From positions 1-35,981 of the forward strand of contig JAUCBJ010002745.1 of assembly GCA_032718475.1 (NCBI GenBank): a stretch of 35,981 bases of DNA. The letters run 5' to 3'. Of this stretch, positions 33,884 through 35,981 are shown piece after piece. Position 1 is the stretch's first letter. Each line of letters starts with the position of its first letter. The position numbers and the translations under genes are program-made. Source of the DNA: Nemertoderma westbladi (Eukaryota > Animalia > Xenacoelomorpha). Below the pieces are notes generated by a model, which made no database searches, had not been told where the DNA came from, and was given only the letters and a program-made list of their open reading frames with translations.

Positions 33884-34973
33884 GGAACACCTCTTGCATT
33901 AACACATGGGATTTGTTAATTAACTATTATTTGATTGGACGTTGAAATCATGTAAGGAATGGGAAGAGGGGTCGAACTAGTGTAAGGGTTTTTATAATTA
34001 GTTGGCAGGTAGAAATGTTCCAAACGCTGTAAGGAATGGAGAAAGTGGGTGAAATCATGTAAGGGTTATCTGCCTATTAAACGGTTCATTGTCAGGTGAC
34101 AGTAAAAAATATATACGAATAGCAGTATATCATATATTTAGAGTGGAAATAATGTTGTATAAGGAATCGTTTTACACACCATTTTACTCCTTGACTTTTC
34201 CGATCGAATAGATTATAATAATAAAGTAGTTTTACTGGTAGTATTTAATATTGAAATTCTTCATTTAAATTTATAAAAGCATTTCACAATATGTAAACAT
34301 AAAAGCTCCAATGAAATAAACTCATAATTTTTGCAATGTCTTTAGCATTTGTTCGATTTGCATTTATGTTTATCGACAGGTTTCTAGAGCGTTTTTTAGC
34401 GCGTCAAGTCTTATCAGTACCGCAGGTTGGCCAGCAACACAGCACGCATCCGTTTACTTCCTAATGTAAGAGCTACTCGTCCGCGCGCTAGTGCAGTTGG
34501 ATGCACAGGCTGGTGTAGCAGAACGACTATGTCCTAAGCAACTACGACTATAATCGTCCTGCCGCATTGACACTAGCAGTCATTGGGATGCTATGCCAGC
34601 TTAACAAAAACATTCTTTAAGAGGCGTCTCAAGAAAGTCATGGGCTATCATGCTTATTGTCTCCATGGCACAAGGATGGCTCCATAAGCCCAAGATTGTG
34701 CTCAGCTGGTCCTCACGGCAATAACAATGTCATGCAAAGGAATGTATCCCTAGACACTAAGTCTACCCTTCTAATACTGTTGGTATAATAACCCTTACAT
34801 GATTTCACCCAATTTCTCCATTCCTTACAGCGTTTGGAACACTTTCTACCTGCCAACTGAGTATAAAACCCTAACACTAGTTCGACCCCTCTCCCCATTC
34901 CTTACATGATTTCAACGTCCAATCAAATAATAGTTCATTAACCAATCCCAGGCTACAATTCAAGATGTGTTCC
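33884..34973. mobile_element. Non-autonomous long-TIR (foldback/MULE-like) element, 1.09 kb
   Basis: ~186-bp inverted repeats at 33884-34069 and 34788-34973 (GGAACAC...GTGTTCC) with internal AAATCATGTAAGG subrepeats; no clean TSD. Confidence 0.85.
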
Positions 34974-35981
34974 TACTACTAGTGTAAGGATTGGGAATAC
35001 GCGTCCAGGTACCGGAATAACGACACTATATTATTCCCGGATATGGTGTATACAGTTTCATTATAAATTTAAAAATCACAATGTTAAATTTAACCACTTC
35101 TTGGAATATAGTGTCTGGCCCGCAGGTCCCTTCTACCCACACCCCAAATTTTTCTACAAATCTTAATGATATAATATGACATTTTTTATGTTCAATTTTT
35201 TGTGATGTGATTTTTTGTGTAATTCGTAGGACTGCAGAATTATTGCGATTTAAGTCTCAATGTGAGTGTGGTGAAAATTTGTTAGAAAACAAAGCCACTG
35301 TAACCTGATCCTTTTCATTAATGTTTTAAATTAAATGAATTTTTAACCCCTCAAAACTCCAAACACATATTTGGTGTTTGAAGCACATTTTGTGCCATTA
35401 ACTCCAAATTGCACACTTGAATTTTGTCAACATCACCGGCAATTATTTTCTAATTGAAAACGGATTTCATATTCAGAATCTTCAGGTGAAGCCGGTTATT
35501 ATGATACTGTATCTTGATAATATTCCAAAATTGAAAAAAATAAAGCCCATGGATGTGGTTAAATAGTGTTAAATAAATATGGATGGATGGCTGTTGCGAA
35601 GTAATAAGTTGAAAATTGAACAATCCGACCAGCCAGACACAGTAATAAACAGTGTCGAACTATCATCACACCAAATGTCGCAACATTTGATTGAAATTTG
35701 AAAAAAACTGGGGAGGGGCGGCCTGCGAGTTGTTATAAAATTGTTATATTAGGGTGAAGGCGTAAGACCGGCATAATGTCGCAACGAGAATTATTCCTCA
35801 TTGTATTTAATTTCGCGTTGTACAGTTGGCCCTATATATACAGTGTGGTCCACTCTCGGACAGTATGATGGTCTACATGTTCAACACCAGTCCAGCAGTA
35901 CGTAAAGCTGCTTTGTGTGTGCTCTGATGTTTGATGTTATACTTTGTTCTAGCTCTTAAGCTTACACCGCTCTGCCTTAAT

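Noticed and set aside
35050-35830. Possible old TIR element (weak inverted similarity between 35115-35155 and 35700-35730)
   Set aside because: Termini and TSD could not be defined.

Overview
AT-rich eukaryotic DNA, probably from a marine invertebrate; the taxon cannot be read from the sequence. Two paralogous pentameric ligand-gated ion channel genes with uninterrupted ORFs (nAChR-like, 3299-4666 minus and 28810-30183 plus) point away from each other, and both lack the two Cys-loop cysteines. Between them lies a nested transposon cluster. A decayed Mutator/MULE element (7772-24093, 9-bp TSD) carries a 12.8-kb BEL/Pao LTR element (8236-21000, AACTT TSD) and a 1.2-kb hAT deletion derivative (22641-23857, 8-bp TSD). 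The BEL/Pao element is unusual in four ways: RT, most of RNase H and the integrase core are missing in frame; it has an extra ~515-codon ORF before the 3' LTR; that ORF has a structured GC-rich leader; and in place of a tRNA PBS there is an 11-mer complementary to a site in its own LTR (candidate Tf1-like self-priming). The rest of the window holds a THAP-domain remnant, L2 and RTE LINE fragments, MITEs, minisatellites and two exons of a flavin amine oxidase with an in-frame stop. All alignments and counts were done by eye.
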